Below, piece by piece: positions 51,475 through 64,000 of a stretch of DNA of 64,000 nucleotides. Within the stretch, counting starts at the first letter, position 1. Each line of letters begins with the position of its first letter. The notes beneath the pieces were generated by a model that saw nothing but the letters and a program-made list of their open reading frames with translations, was not told the DNA's origin and did no database searches. Origin of the DNA: Felis catus. Its lineage: Eukaryota. The stretch is taken from the NCBI RefSeq assembly GCF_018350175.1, contig NC_058369.1, positions 27,778,001 through 27,842,000 on the forward strand. Reading direction: 5' to 3'. Made by a program: the position numbers and the translations under genes.

Positions 51475-51691
51475 TTTTTAAAATTTATTTATTTTTGAGA
51501 GAGAGAGAGAGAGAGAGAGAGTGAGAGCGCGTGCAAGCACACACACGCAAGCAAGAAGGGGAGGGGCAGAGGATCCAAAGTGGGCTCTGTGCTGACAACA
51601 GTGAGCCCAATTCAGGGCTCAAACTCATGAACCCTGAGATCAGACTTGAGCTGAAGCAGACACTTAACTGACTGAGCCATCTAGGTGCTCC
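51475..51691 (-). mobile_element. Can-SINE
   Basis: Reverse head and GA tract; degenerate TSD aagcactatgct / aagcattatgtt. Confidence 0.88.
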
Positions 51692-52369
51692 AAGCATTAT
51701 GTTGTTATCTGAGTTGTTTGGGGAAGTTCCTCCGAATTGACAGACAGACCAGAGGTTTAGATACAGGTTAAGATTCTGCGTGCTTGCATAAACAACTGTG
51801 TGAGGGCTGCTGAAAACTAATTCAGAGTTACCTTCAAGGCTGGTTCTCGGCAACTTCAGCCAAAAGTCAGTTAAGTAATGAAGCTCCCATCAAGGGGGCT
51901 GTTGTTCAGTTTTCCTGAGTATTTGTTTTGTTTTTATTTTCTGCCTATCCAGTGCTCACACCTGCCCTGCTGTCCCCAGCCTATTGCTAGAATTCATATT
52001 GTATGGACCCTTGGCCCGATGCAAAGTACCTATCTTCCTGAGATTCTACCTGATCCTTCCCTCTTCCATACCAGGGCACAGAGGCCTCCTGGCCCAAAGC
52101 ATCTTGCTACAATTTGTTGTGCTTCTTGTTCTTCAAGTCTGCCTTCGTTGTTTCCGTTTTCTAAGTTTTGTCTTTCAGCTGGTCACTGATTTGTATGCTC
52201 TCACTGCCAACCTATAAATGTTCCCTCTCCTTTGAGGTAACCAACACTGTTCTGCACAGGGCACTTGGAAGCTTCTGAGTTGAGAGAGCCTCACACAGTG
52301 TCGATTCTGCTCTAGATGCAGTAAAGGAGAGGGAGGGAAGGAAGAGACAGAGATTAAAATGACAGAACA

Positions 52370-52554
52370 GGGGCATCTGGGTGGCTCAGTTGGTTATGTG
52401 TCCAGCTCTCTATTTCGGCTAAGGTCACAATCTCATGGTTCTTCGGGTTTCAAGACCCTCACTCAGTGCAGAGCCTGCTTGGGATTCTCTCTCTCCTTCC
52501 TCTCCCTGCCCCTTCCCCCTGCACTCTCTCTCAAACTAAATAAACATTTAAAAA
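52370..52554 (+). mobile_element. Can-SINE
   Basis: TSD aaaatgacaga on both sides. Confidence 0.88.
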
Positions 52555-53949
52555 ATGACAGACTAGAAATGCTGTTTCAGCCAGGATACTTCTTCCCCTC
52601 CTTCTATATCAAAATGGGCCCGATTTTCGAAATTCAGCAGAAGAGCCTGAAAAGAAATATTAGCTTTTCAGTTAATGTCATTCACACAAGGAATTTGTCA
52701 GAAGAGACTGCATTGAACTTTTCATGTCATCTCATGCATCTCAGAGGATATTAAGCTCCATAAAATATGATTTCAAAAGTGAAATAATTCTCCATTTTGA
52801 CTTTATAAGGGAGTCTTAGGGAATGTAAGACAACAACAACAAACAACAAACCTGGCTTATTACTAAAGAGAGAATAAATAGAATAAGTAGAGACATTTCT
52901 CAGCCAAATAACTAGAAGGATTCCAACCCTTAGGGTCCCTGTTACAAAGGTCTCCAAATCTCAGCAGGTCTGGCAAAGCAGAACAGAGAAGGGGCTGGAT
53001 ATACATTACAGAAAAAACAGAAGCAAGTGGTTAATGGTTTTCTTAAATGCTGCAGAAAATGGCTTGTGTGCAAATAAATACAGTTCAGGATAGAGACAGA
53101 ACAAGAAAAAAAGTGAAAATGGCACCCAAGGGACTCCCAGGCCCTGCTGTCAGCTAGCCTGCCTGCATTTGCAGAAATGTGACCTGAGAGTGAAACACTT
53201 CTTCAAACTCCGGTTCCTCCCTTTCCTCTAAGTTGGCTACTAACCCACCACAGCAGCCAGAAATAAACTCAGGACATATTAATAAGCTCGTGACGTATTT
53301 ACTGTACTCCCCACCACCCTTTTCTTCTAATAAGGTAATAATTGCCCAAAGTCGCCTTTTAAGCTGACTGCTTTGACGGGTGCCTTCTGAAAAAATACTG
53401 GGAATGTTAAAGGACTTTTGGTTTAGAGTCTTTGATCATATACTTAATGATTCACACAACTCAAATAGTCCAAATTTGGCTGACTCTTATGGCTTTATAG
53501 GAAACAGAAAGCCTGTGGCCCAAAAGAACCTTCTTGACCTTTCTATTCTCAATATCCTCTCTTGTGATTTGAGGGGGTTGGGCTACCTCCATAGAATGAT
53601 GATACAAGTTTGTGGTCAAATAGATTTGGAAAACACTGTGTTCAACATCAGGACTTTTCTGAGCATGTAACATATAAGCAAGCATGGAGGGTATATCTCT
53701 AAGCGAAAAAGACAGGCAAAGGAAGTCCCAATCACCCAACTTATTTGAATGCCTTGCAAAGTTCTTCCCTAGAACACAAAGATGAACTAAATAATCGCCA
53801 CAGTCTCTTCCAACTTTGTGTAACATTTATGTGACTTTCTCATCAGAACAAGAGGACTCAAAGGAATGAGTGAGGAAAGTAAGAGGGTCTTCTCCCAAAG
53901 AGAATCTAAAGATGACTAGACAGACCCTATTTTTAGTGTTTTGGTGATA

Positions 53950-54175
53950 TAAAGAAGCTGTGATTCAGAGGCAAGCTGACTTGAGTTCAAGTCCTGTTTC
54001 TGCCTTTTACTAGAGCGTGTCCTCAGAAAAACAACTTAATCTTTCTGAGCCTCAGTGTCTTCTTCTGTAAAATAGAAATAGTACTAATATTACTAACAGT
54101 ACTAATATTACCTCATAAGGATATTTGAAGTACAGGTAAGATAGCGAGAACCATGCCTTACATATAATATAGTTA
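53950..54175 (+). mobile_element. MIR
   Basis: 'gagttcaagtcctgtttctgcc...acttaatctttctgagcctcagtgtcttcttctgtaaaatag'. Confidence 0.8.
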
Positions 54176-55409
54176 TTTTATTTCAGTTATTCATTTGTTT
54201 ATGTCAATAATCACTGAAGTTGAGACTGGCCACAATCACCTGGTTAAGAAAGAAGGCTCAGCATTAAAAAAAAAAAAAAACCTTCAAAAATTCTTTCCAC
54301 TTAAGGATTTTATGATTGGTTCTCAGATTTGCTGAATTTTGCATGTCTAAATTTATTTAACCAAAATCTTGTATTCTATATACATCACACCATAGGTTAT
54401 CTAATTCTCCCTAAGCTTTGCTCTGCCTAGCCCACAAGACAATCATCAAAGCCTAGGAAGGTCCCCTATAATGCAGATCTTGAAATGATGTCAGCTGGAA
54501 GGAATTAACACATCCATGTTGTCAGAGGTCAGCTGTGCTACACATCAGTTATACTGATGAACAGTGGGCTATGCCAAAAAGAAATATAAAAGCATAAATT
54601 GTTTCTCTACCAAAGAATGCCACTGAATATTGATTGTTTCCAGTCTCTTAAATAGTCTATTTAGAATTTTGAGCAGTGTTAGAACAATTCACTTACAAAT
54701 GCATGTAAATAAGGTTAAAGGCATAGCTTAAATCTAGAATAAGTAGAAATGTGGAGAGTAGTTCAAGTTAAGAAAGGCCCTCTGATAAGATGAACACGTA
54801 CGCTCTTTAACCAAAGATGCAGTCCCTGTGCGGGAATAAAAGTTGGTGGTGACATTTTTCTAAAAATGGGCATGTATAAGAGACCCCTACTGAGCCCCTA
54901 GAGACAGAATGCAAACCCAAGCAGATGAGTGTACTTCTAGCAACAGGATCAACTATTTTACAGGGAGGGGGGCAGCTATCATTCCTCTAAGGGGCGTTTG
55001 GCAAGTATCTTTCACTTGTATTACATTTTGCATGAATAAAACATATTTGAAGTTCTATAAGAACTTGTCCTTTAATTAAATACTTTGAAATTCAGTGCTT
55101 TTGTCAAAAAGGAAAAGAAGACTGACTCATAAAGAGGACAAAAAGTCTGTCAAATTCACCAAAGAAATTAAAAAGTGGTCCCTATCTTGGCTTTGCCTCC
55201 AGGCTAGCTCTTGACCTACCTTAGTTTTGCATCTACAGACCCAACCTTTCTCTTCATGTTTAAACTTCTACAGCCAAAAGCCACCCTCCACCCTGGGCAC
55301 CTGTGCTTCAACATCTAAGAGACATCTCAAATTAAACACCTCCCCACTCTGCCCCTGCTTCCCCAAGAGCTTTCAGGTTTGTTCTTTCTCATCTCCATTG
55401 TCGGCATCC

Positions 55410-56235
55410 CTTGAAGTTGCTTTCAGTTCTAATAAACAGAAAACTCCAACTAAAACTGACTTGAATAATAAGGGAAATCATCATCTCACATGATGATACT
55501 ATATGGTAAGTGGCTCAATAAAGTCATCCAGTATGGAGTTAGTTCTTTCTCTTTGCTCTACAGAAGCATCAGTGTACCAGTTGGATTTAAGTCCAAGAAC
55601 CAGAACCCACTCCAGACTTTTATATGGGGAAGTTGGGGCTTTAAAAATGACTGGAAGGGGGGCGCCTGGGTGGCGCAGTCGGTTAAGCGTCCGACTTCAG
55701 CCAGGTCACGATCTCGCAGTCCGTGAGTTCGAGCCCCGCGTCAGGCTCTGGGCTGATGGCTCAGAGCCTGGAGCCTGTTTCCGATTCTGTGTCTCCCTCT
55801 CTCTCTGCCCCTCCCCCGTTCATGCTCTGTCTCTCTCTGTCCCAAAAATAAATAAAAAACGTTGAAAAAAAAATGACTGGAAGGGCTGAAGGGACAAGAC
55901 AGAAAAAATTCCCACAACAGTATCACACTGAGGAGCCATGTCAGAGCCCTAGTGCAACTGAGAAAGAAAAAAAAGAAAGAAAGCTGGAGAATGAAGAGGA
56001 ACATGACTACAGGGAAACCCATTTGCACAGCCATTCTGGCCAGCAGATGCAGGAAAAGTAGTGCTGAAAGATGGCCTCTGCCTCCCTTTCACCTGCCAAA
56101 CAGCACATGAGTACATGCAAAGGGAGGAACCCCTTCTGTAAGGATGACCCAGCTAAAAGGGAATCTGAGAATTATTGCTTTTACTTTCCCCTCCATTCTA
56201 ACTTGAATGGGGATAGAATGGCAACTGTGTAAACT
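55410..56235 (-). mobile_element. Degenerate MaLR LTR (MLT1J/K-like), interrupted by a SINE
   Basis: 'ttcagttctaataaacagaaaactccaactaaaactgacttgaataataagggaaat' and 'ctaaaagggaatctgaga'. Confidence 0.5.
55659..55873 (+). mobile_element. Young Can-SINE (SINEC_Fc type)
   Basis: CpGs largely retained; exact TSD aaaaatgactggaagg(g) at 55643-55659 and 55869-55885. Confidence 0.95.
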
Positions 56236-57059
56236 CATCTAGAGTATACAGAAAAGTCAGCTTCCTGGGGTGAATCCCAAGAGCCTGATGGAAGTCAGCA
56301 GCAATCCAGGCTGCCTGAGCCTTTGCTGCAGTCCAACAGCACAGACAAAATAGTTCTTTCCTGAATCAGGGTGCACAGGCCCTCCCTTCAGGCTTGCTCA
56401 GTCAATGTAGGCCACTTGCTCACTCAGGGTCCCCTACTACGGACCAGGCAATGCCATGGACTTATAGGCTTAGGTGAGACATTGGTGGAAAGTCAACCAG
56501 TGGTCCCTATAAGCTTCTGCTTACATATCATGAAATGAATCCTGCCTCGGGTAGCTTCTCCTCATGAATGCAGCATCTACTAACCCACTAATAAACCTTC
56601 AGGTCACTTACCATACTCTGAAATGATCTTGCCCACTTAATTCTTTGCTTGCATAGTGTCTCCTTTCCCTACCAGGATGTAACCTCCATGAAGGCAAAGA
56701 TCTTATCTCTCCCTTTCACTTCTGTAACCCCATTACCTATAACAATGTGAGATACATACCAGTTAATTGAATAAATTGCTGAACATATACACATATGGGA
56801 TATCACCCATGTAACTATAGAAATATATTATCACTACAGCCTTTATAGTTTTCTCAAGCCAGTTTAACACTTAAGTTAAAAGAGGATAAAAAAGTGAAAG
56901 CTGTTCAATTTGTTTGTGACCTATACAACTCATCTATTAACTGGGTTAGTCTTTTGGGATTTAGAGTTTGCTCCTACTCTGTACCAGTCATTAAATCCTA
57001 TTACTGGCCATTCATAAACCAGGTTCCTTGGCTTCATGAGCTCTAATGACATGTGAGGG

Positions 57060-57890
57060 TTAATGGTACAATATGACAGCTGCTATGGACAGCAGTATGA
57101 CAGTTTCAACCAAAATTTAAAAAATAACATTACTATATGATCTGGAAATTCCATGTCTGGATGTATACCCCAAAGAATTAAAAGCAGGGTCATGAAGATA
57201 TTGGCACAAACATCTGAATAACAGCATGATGCTCAATAGTCAAAAGGTAGAAGGAATAGAGGTGCCTGGGTGGCTCAGTTGGTTAAGCATCTGACTCTTG
57301 ATTTCGGCTCAGGTCACGATCTCATGGTTTGTGAGATTGAGCCCTGCATTGGGTTCTGTGCTGACTGTGTGGCGCCTACTTGGAATTCTCTCTCTCCCTG
57401 CCTTTTTCCCCTGCCCCACTCATTTACACTCTCTTTCAAAATAAACATTAAAAAAAAAGATGGAAGGTATCCTAGTGTTTGATGACAAACGAATGGATAA
57501 AGGAAAGATAACATATACATACAATGGACTATTATCCAGCCTTGTAAAGGAAGGAAATTCTGCCAAATGCTACATGAGCCTTGAGGATCTTAGACTAAGC
57601 AAAACAAGCCAGTCACTAAAAGACTTTATGGTTCTACTCACATAAGGGAACTAGAATAGTCTGCTTCAGTAAGACAGAAAGTTGAAGGACAGTTGCCAGA
57701 TGACAGGGAAGGAGGAAAGGAGAGGTGTTGTTCAATGAGTATAGACTTTCAGTTTTGCAAGAAAAAAAGAATATTGGAGATTGGCTGCACAACAATGTGC
57801 ATGTATTTACTAATGCTGAACTGTACACTTAAAAATCGTTAAGACAGTAAATTCTAGGTTATGTATATTTTACCACAATAAAAAAAATTA
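57060..57890 (+). mobile_element. Old L1 (L1MB-like) 3' end (SINE inside)
   Basis: 'tatatgatctggaaattcca...gtataccccaaagaattaaaagcagg...gaactgtacacttaaaaat...ttttaccacaataaaaa'. Confidence 0.82.
57259..57458 (+). mobile_element. Can-SINE
   Basis: 'ggtgcctgggtggctcagttggttaagcatctgactcttgatttcggctcaggtcacgatc', A-tail. Confidence 0.92.
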
Positions 57891-58387
57891 AAGAGTAAAA
57901 AAGAAAAGAAGCAACATATTCTGGGCCAAGCACAACATTTTATGTAAATTGGTTATTTAATCTTTGTAATTACACAAGATAAGCACTATGAATATCTGTA
58001 TTTTTAAAATTCTATCACAGAAAGGTAAAATGAGCTTGATTAAGGTTAAACAAACTTGTGAAGGGTAGGGCTGGGACCAGAATTTCATTCCAAAGATCCT
58101 TCTCTTAAGTAGCTCAAGGACACACAAGCAATACTATCCTGTTCTCCAATGGTCTATTATCCTCCTATTTAACTGACAGGCTTTTCCCCTTGTTCTTGTA
58201 GACAGGCAATTGAATGGACGCATTCATACCTATCAAAGGTGCTTCTAAATTAAGTGAGAAGGTAAAAAAAAAAAAAAAAAACTTGCACTCTTGGGCTAAC
58301 CTTACTTAAAAAGAAAAAATTCTTCAAAATAAATAATGAAAGGAAGCTATAATAGTTGAGAGCACATCATCGAAAAATATTTAGGGT

Positions 58388-58613
58388 AGAGGTGCATGGG
58401 TGGCTCAGTCAGGTAAATGTCCGTCTTCAGCTCAGGTCATGATCTCATGGTTCATGAGTTCAAGCCCTGTGTCAGGCTCTATGCTGACAGCTCAGAGCCT
58501 GGAGCCTGCTTTGGATTCTGTGTCTCCTTCTCTCTGTCCCTCCCTGCACACACTCTGTCTCTCTCTCTCAAAAATAAATAAACATTAAATAAATTAATTA
58601 ATCAATTAAAAAA
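58388..58613 (+). mobile_element. Can-SINE
   Basis: Head, CT tract and A-rich tail. Confidence 0.92.
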
Positions 58614-59327
58614 TAAATTTAGATCAAGTGATAAAAGGGAAAGACCAGAAAGAGATTAAAGCATAGAATTTACCATCTAACAAGGGTGGCAATGTAAACC
58701 CACAGGAAGAAAAATAAAGGGCAACACACACAATGGTGGAAATGTAGATTAACACATCATTTACAGGAAATAAGTTAATTCTCTTCCTCCTGTCACATAT
58801 TAAAATAAATCATATATTCACTAATGAATTAAGAGCAGAAAATACAGAGCCAGGAGACAATTAGAAGGAAATAGGACTACATATCTGGATGGGAAGAGAC
58901 TTTTATGTATGAAGACATTAAAATAAAATGACAAAGAAAAACATGATACATATGGCTGCAGAAAATTAAAACATTCAGCTCCCCAAAACCATTATAAACA
59001 AGATGAAGTTAAAAAAAACGATATAGGGAAATGTATTTGACAAATGTATTATAGACTAATAGCTAATATCTTTAGATAAAGAGCTATTGCAAATGAATAA
59101 GATGCAAACACTTCATTAGAGAACTCAGTTGAAACCATGAATAGTTCACATAATAAGAAATATACATGGATAAGTAATTTTAAAAATATTCAACTTAACT
59201 ATATTCAATTAGTTACAATTTTAAACAAGGAAATGGCATTTTTATTAGGAAAAAAGGCATTTTTAATAAAAATATTCAGAAGCTTTAAGGAAGAAGGCAC
59301 ACATGTATACTATTATAAGGGCAAATT

Positions 59328-59329
<2 letters not shown>

Positions 59330-59381
<52 letters not shown>

Positions 59382-59393
59382 TATATGTGTGTG

Positions 59394-59426
<33 letters not shown>

Positions 59427-59427
59427 A
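59330..59427. repeat. Compound (TA)n/(TG)n microsatellite
   Basis: Read directly from the sequence. Confidence 0.95.
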
Positions 59428-59734
59428 TATGTATGTATCAAACTATCTATACATTCCTTTTTAGAAATTGACTCCAACAGTATTACCAGAGATTCAGACA
59501 AATATTAGTTATAAGAAATTTGTCACAGTTTTATGTTTGAAACAAGAGAAAGAATGGTTATTTAAGTTCTGATACGCAATGGCTAATATGTGAAAGCCAT
59601 TAAGACATCAGCTTTTCAAAAGATACTTAACAATGTGAAAAAATGTTGAAAGAGCTAAGTGTAAAAAGATAAGCAAAACACAAAGCATGTAAATACATAT
59701 GTATATGCACATTTTTTAAAGATACAAAAGACCC

Positions 59735-59957
59735 GGGGTGCCTGGGCGGCTCAGTGGATTAAGCGTCGGACTTTGGCTCAGGTAATGATCTAGCGGTCCG
59801 TGGGTTCCAGCCCCGCGTGGGGCTCTATGCTGACAGCTCAGAGCCTGGAGCCTGTTTCAGATTCTGTGTCTCCCTCTTTCTCTGACCCTCCCCTGTTCAT
59901 GCTCTCTGTCTCAAAAATAAATAAATGTTAAAAAAATTTTTAAAAAAATAAATAAAT
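59735..59957 (+). mobile_element. Can-SINE (SINEC_Fc-like)
   Basis: TSD atacaaaagaccc at 59722-59734 and 59958-59970. Confidence 0.93.
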
Positions 59958-62276
59958 ATACAAAAGACCCACATGTACGCATATTTGCATTTAGCTAATA
60001 GAGAAAGGCACTAGAAAGAAATTCATCTAAATGTTAATAATGCTTATATCTCGGAAACAAAATTAATGTTGGTGTGTTTTCTTTTTATTTTTCTGTAGTT
60101 TTAAAATATTCTTTAATAAATTGGAACTATTATTAGGAAACATTCAATGATATTGTAAATACTCCCTAGATGTACTGTTGACCAGTGTGTTGTGCTAAGG
60201 GACTGCGACAGAAAAAATAAAAGCAGCACTAGAGATAAATAAAACTCCTGACAAATAGGATACTCTGGGGAAAGAGGCATATGTCGGTGTGAGGTTTGTA
60301 ATGTGAGTAGAAAGTGAGACATACAGTCGGGAGAACTGATGGGTGAAAGCCAGGAAGACTCCTCAAAGAAGGTAGCATGTAAGTTTTATATGAAAAAAGA
60401 CTGGAGGACCATCTGGTGGAACAGTGGGAGAAGGTTCTGTCATCAGTGGGCTTCACCACACACACTGAAGCCCAGGCCTGCAATGAAAATCATAAAGTCC
60501 ACCTTCAGCGACTCCTTTCTGCTTCTTTACCAATTACACTGTTCCCTTCTTTCTCAGCCTCCTTCTTTAGACACTCCTAAAGCTTTTTGGAGCCCAATGT
60601 AGACTACCATTACCCCAGAAAAGAGTCCTCTTAATTGGGCCCAGGATTCATTCTTCATTGGTATTTGTAATTATACATTTACTCTACCTATTTTCTAGTG
60701 ATGAAATAAAGGGTGTCCCCAATCTTAAATTAGTTGCAAGTATCAGACAAGCAGGTAGGAAAGATTAGCCAAGAAGATAGGTCAGAGCAATCAAAACCCT
60801 ATCATATGGCAAATGACTACCTATTTGAAAATCTTTTGCTGTTATAGGTAATTTTGATATGCTAGCTATTTTTCAGAAATAAAAAAATAGTGAAGGAATA
60901 TAACTATACTTACTTTCTGTTTTTTAAAGACTGACTTACTGCTAATAATCTCTCTCCAGGAAAAACTTACAACTGGAAAGTGTTATGAAAATATTGCACA
61001 AAATGCACCATGGGTTAAAAAAAATGAAGATTTAAATACAGGAAATAATCTTTGTTAAATATGTGTTCTAGAGAGATCCACTATGTCCCAATCCTTAAAT
61101 TAGAAAGTCAGCAGAAAGATGAACTGAATCCCAGATGTTAATTGCACAGGCTTACTGGATTAGAACTACAGATAATTAACTGCTCAATTTTAATATGCAT
61201 TGGGTTAAATGGATGATAAGATTTTCAGTAGTCGGTTTTGAGGTCCAGAAGGGAAAGATTATTTCTTTACAGGCTGGGAGCCCTAAGAGCCAAAGACATT
61301 TAAAATGTCTGTATTTAGTGAGTAAGAAGTTAGGTAAATAGAAGAGGTTAGGGAATGGTGTAAACTTCCTGAAAGAGAATACACAAGTTCAACTTCAAAC
61401 TGCATTTTCCTATTTGAAATTTAGAATATAATTTTGTATGGGAAAGGCGGTTTGAATTTTTTTTTATTGTAGCTTCAGTGATTAGCATTCCTGTCCCATA
61501 ATGTCAACATTAAATCCAGACAGATCCAAAGTCCATTACTTCCTATCTGCAGAAAAAAGACACTCAGTGTTTATCGCCTAGATAATTAAATTTTTTATGT
61601 CCTTAAGAATTCAGGAGCATGCTATGGTTAATTGGGAAAACTGTGAATTATGTCTAAGTTGCCCCCCCTTTTTTTTATTAAACTTGTAACAAAGCAAATG
61701 ATGAAGAACAATTTGCCAATGCTGAGTGTCCAGACAAAAATATGCTGAGAGAATTCATACCAACAGATACCATTAAAAAGTTGGCTGCAGAGGTAGATGA
61801 TGAAGGTTGAGGACATACAGGACTGTAAGGACCACTGCTGGGCAGGAAAAAAGCCCCCTGGTCCATCTACCTAACATTTGGGCTGCTCAAACAGTTGGGC
61901 TGCCATCAACTACAGGGATATTACCCTGAGACCCTGGAATACAAGTAAGTTTGCCCAAGCACTGTGGATATCAATTCTCTTTGTACACCAGAATTATCTG
62001 TGGAGCTTGTCAAAAAAGATGGTATTCTGGGTTCCATTCCCCCCAAATCCTGCTTTAAGAGTTGAAGGGGAGACCCAGGATATTCTATTATTTCTTTTAA
62101 CAAACTTCACAGTGGAAGTTCATCTATGTTTGATATTTTGATTTTTTAATTTAAAAAATCAAATATAGTTAGCATTCTGGTGATCATTCATTTTATTTGA
62201 AAGATGGGATATGCTCAGGGGTAAATGACATAATAGAGGTAAGATAGTATTAAGGATTCCCTATAATGTGTTTTTT

Positions 62277-62490
62277 AAAAAAAATTTTTAACGTTTATTT
62301 ATTTTTGAGACAGGGAGAGACAGAGCATGAACAGGGGAAGGTCAGAGAGAGAGAGACACAGAATATGAAGCAGGCTCCAGGCTCTGAGCTGTCAGCACAG
62401 AGCCCGACACGGGGCTAGAACTCACGGACCGCAAGATCATGACCTGAGCCGAAGTCGGCCGCCTAACCGACTGAGCCACCCAGGCGCCCC
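62277..62490 (-). mobile_element. Can-SINE (SINEC_Fc-like)
   Basis: TSD tataatgtgtttttt at 62262-62276 and 62491-62505. Confidence 0.93.
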
Positions 62491-62843
62491 TATAATGTGT
62501 TTTTTTAATGGACTTTAGAATCATTAGTCCACCCAGAGGTGAATGACTTTCCCAAGGTCACAGAGAACATACAAAAAGAGGTAAAAATTGGATTCTCATA
62601 TTAGAAAGTATATACCTTTTGCAATTATAATTGTCCAACAAACTATAAATTAGGAAATATTAATATCTGAAGGGTCATTGCCATATTTCCTAAATTTTAA
62701 GCTGCCTATTTGTACATTTTTAACATAGAGATACAGCTTATGATTGATTTAAGTATTTACTACGGTGGCATTTCATTTTTCCAAAATATAAAATCAGTGG
62801 TGTTACAACTAACAGCATGACGGAATCAAGGAAGTATGGTGCC

Positions 62844-62846
<3 letters not shown>

Positions 62847-62886
<40 letters not shown>
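62847..62886. repeat. (GT)n microsatellite
   Basis: About 20 GT units. Confidence 0.95.
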
Positions 62887-62889
<3 letters not shown>

Positions 62890-64000
62890 ACACAAGCACC
62901 ATTTCTCTGAAACAAGGCTTTCTATTAATTAGTTCTGTCTGTTGTGGCTTACTGTCAATGTCTCAAGAGAATCAAGACTCACCTGGGCTAGAACTGGAAA
63001 TAAACTCTTGGATTCTATGTGCCTGCTAAAGTCAGCATCTAACCATTCACTGAGTACTGATGATTCCATTTCCAGTTTTACAGACATTTCTCTCCTTCCC
63101 AACATTACTGCTTCAATTGTTTCCATTATTACAACACTAACCCAATATACAACAGACTGGCCACACGTATCCTCATGAAACACATAATTTGATCCTGTTG
63201 CTTTCTTTTCAGAATCCCAGTGCTCCCAAGCACTTAAGAATCAAGGCCCCTCACCCCCGTCCCCCACCAAATGGCATTTAGAATCCTCTGAAATCTGTTC
63301 CTACCCTTCCCTTCCAGCCTCATAATTGTCTGCTGCCTCTTCCTGATGGGTTGATCAGTTTAATCATTATTGCTACTTTTAGAACTTACAGCCTGTCTAC
63401 CACATTTCTAGCAGTTGAAACTTCTAAGGTCTAACTCACAAGTCATATCGTCCAAACTTTTCCAGTCCTCCCATCAAAATTAATTCCCCCTTCCTCTTTA
63501 GCATTCTTGTAGTGGGTTGAACCATGAGCATTTCAGATGCCAGAGTTCTGCCATATGAGTGCCTGTCTGTCTATCCAGATAGGAGATAAGCTTCTCGACA
63601 ACAAAAATTGAGTCATAATCATTTTAGTTTCCTCCACAATGTCCAGCAAAATGTACTGCATGTAGTATGTATTTGGGAGGCACAAAATCTTTAACAAAGC
63701 CAGAACTGATCCTAAAGCCAGGTGGCCACAGGTTAAAGGTACTATAAATAGAGTTTGAACTGAAATTCTTAGTCCCATGCTGGGTACCTGCAGATCTTCA
63801 TTAGATTCCATCGTGGATGGTATAATTTTAGATAATAGTATGCTGATGATGCACAATCTTCCCCCTCAATCTTGGCTAAACCCAGGATGCAATTTCCTAT
63901 TTGATTAAGAGTATGACAGCAGTGAGTACTGGATTATAAAAATTTACTGTAGGGTTAAGAATGTAAGTCTAACTGTGGATCAAATGGGAGACATTCTAAA

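Larger units (their letters stand above)
58630..60112 (+). mobile_element. Highly decayed L1ME-like fragment
   Basis: A-rich; 'ctaatatctttagataaagagctattgcaaatgaataag', 'aaagccattaag', 'aaatgttaataatgcttatatctcgg'. Confidence 0.55.

Noticed and set aside
55659..55740. tRNA gene
   Set aside because: The A/B-box head is the tRNA-derived part of a Can-SINE, followed by a CT tract, A-tail and TSD.
61695..61810. Plus-strand exon-like frame (ANDEEQFANAECPDKNMLREFIPTDTIKKLAAE)
   Set aside because: Weak acceptor and donor matches, no recognisable protein family, and a stop shortly after.
1..64000. Short ORFs in the six-frame track as genes
   Set aside because: Most are 60-130 aa, often start at non-ATG codons, overlap SINEs, L1s or microsatellites (LSLSLS, YIYIYI, CVCVCV), and resemble no protein I recognise apart from L1 ORF1/ORF2.

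Overview
Mammalian, non-coding, repeat-rich DNA from a carnivore, almost certainly a felid, because near-consensus SINEC_Fc-type Can-SINEs are present (e.g. 55659-55873). I find no recognisable host protein-coding exon, CpG island, RNA gene or prokaryotic system. Nearly all listed ORFs are chance or repeat-derived; the only clear protein homologies are decayed LINE-1 ORF1/ORF2. The main structure is a near full-length old L1 (~5703-14567, with a 13-bp target-site duplication, TSD) that sits inside an older L1ME fragment and itself carries seven later insertions. There are about 23 Can-SINEs, plus MIR, L2, MER-type DNA transposon relics, MaLR/ERV LTRs and microsatellites. The most unusual observation is a ~560-bp TSD-flanked, polyA-signal-terminated piece of ancient MaLR LTR sequence inside L1 ORF2, which looks like a retroposed transcript or orphan transduction. 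L1 fragments are strongly biased to the + strand, suggesting the window is intronic in a minus-strand gene. No novel biological system is supported. Repeat family names come from my recall of consensus sequences and need RepeatMasker/Dfam confirmation; boundaries without TSDs are approximate.
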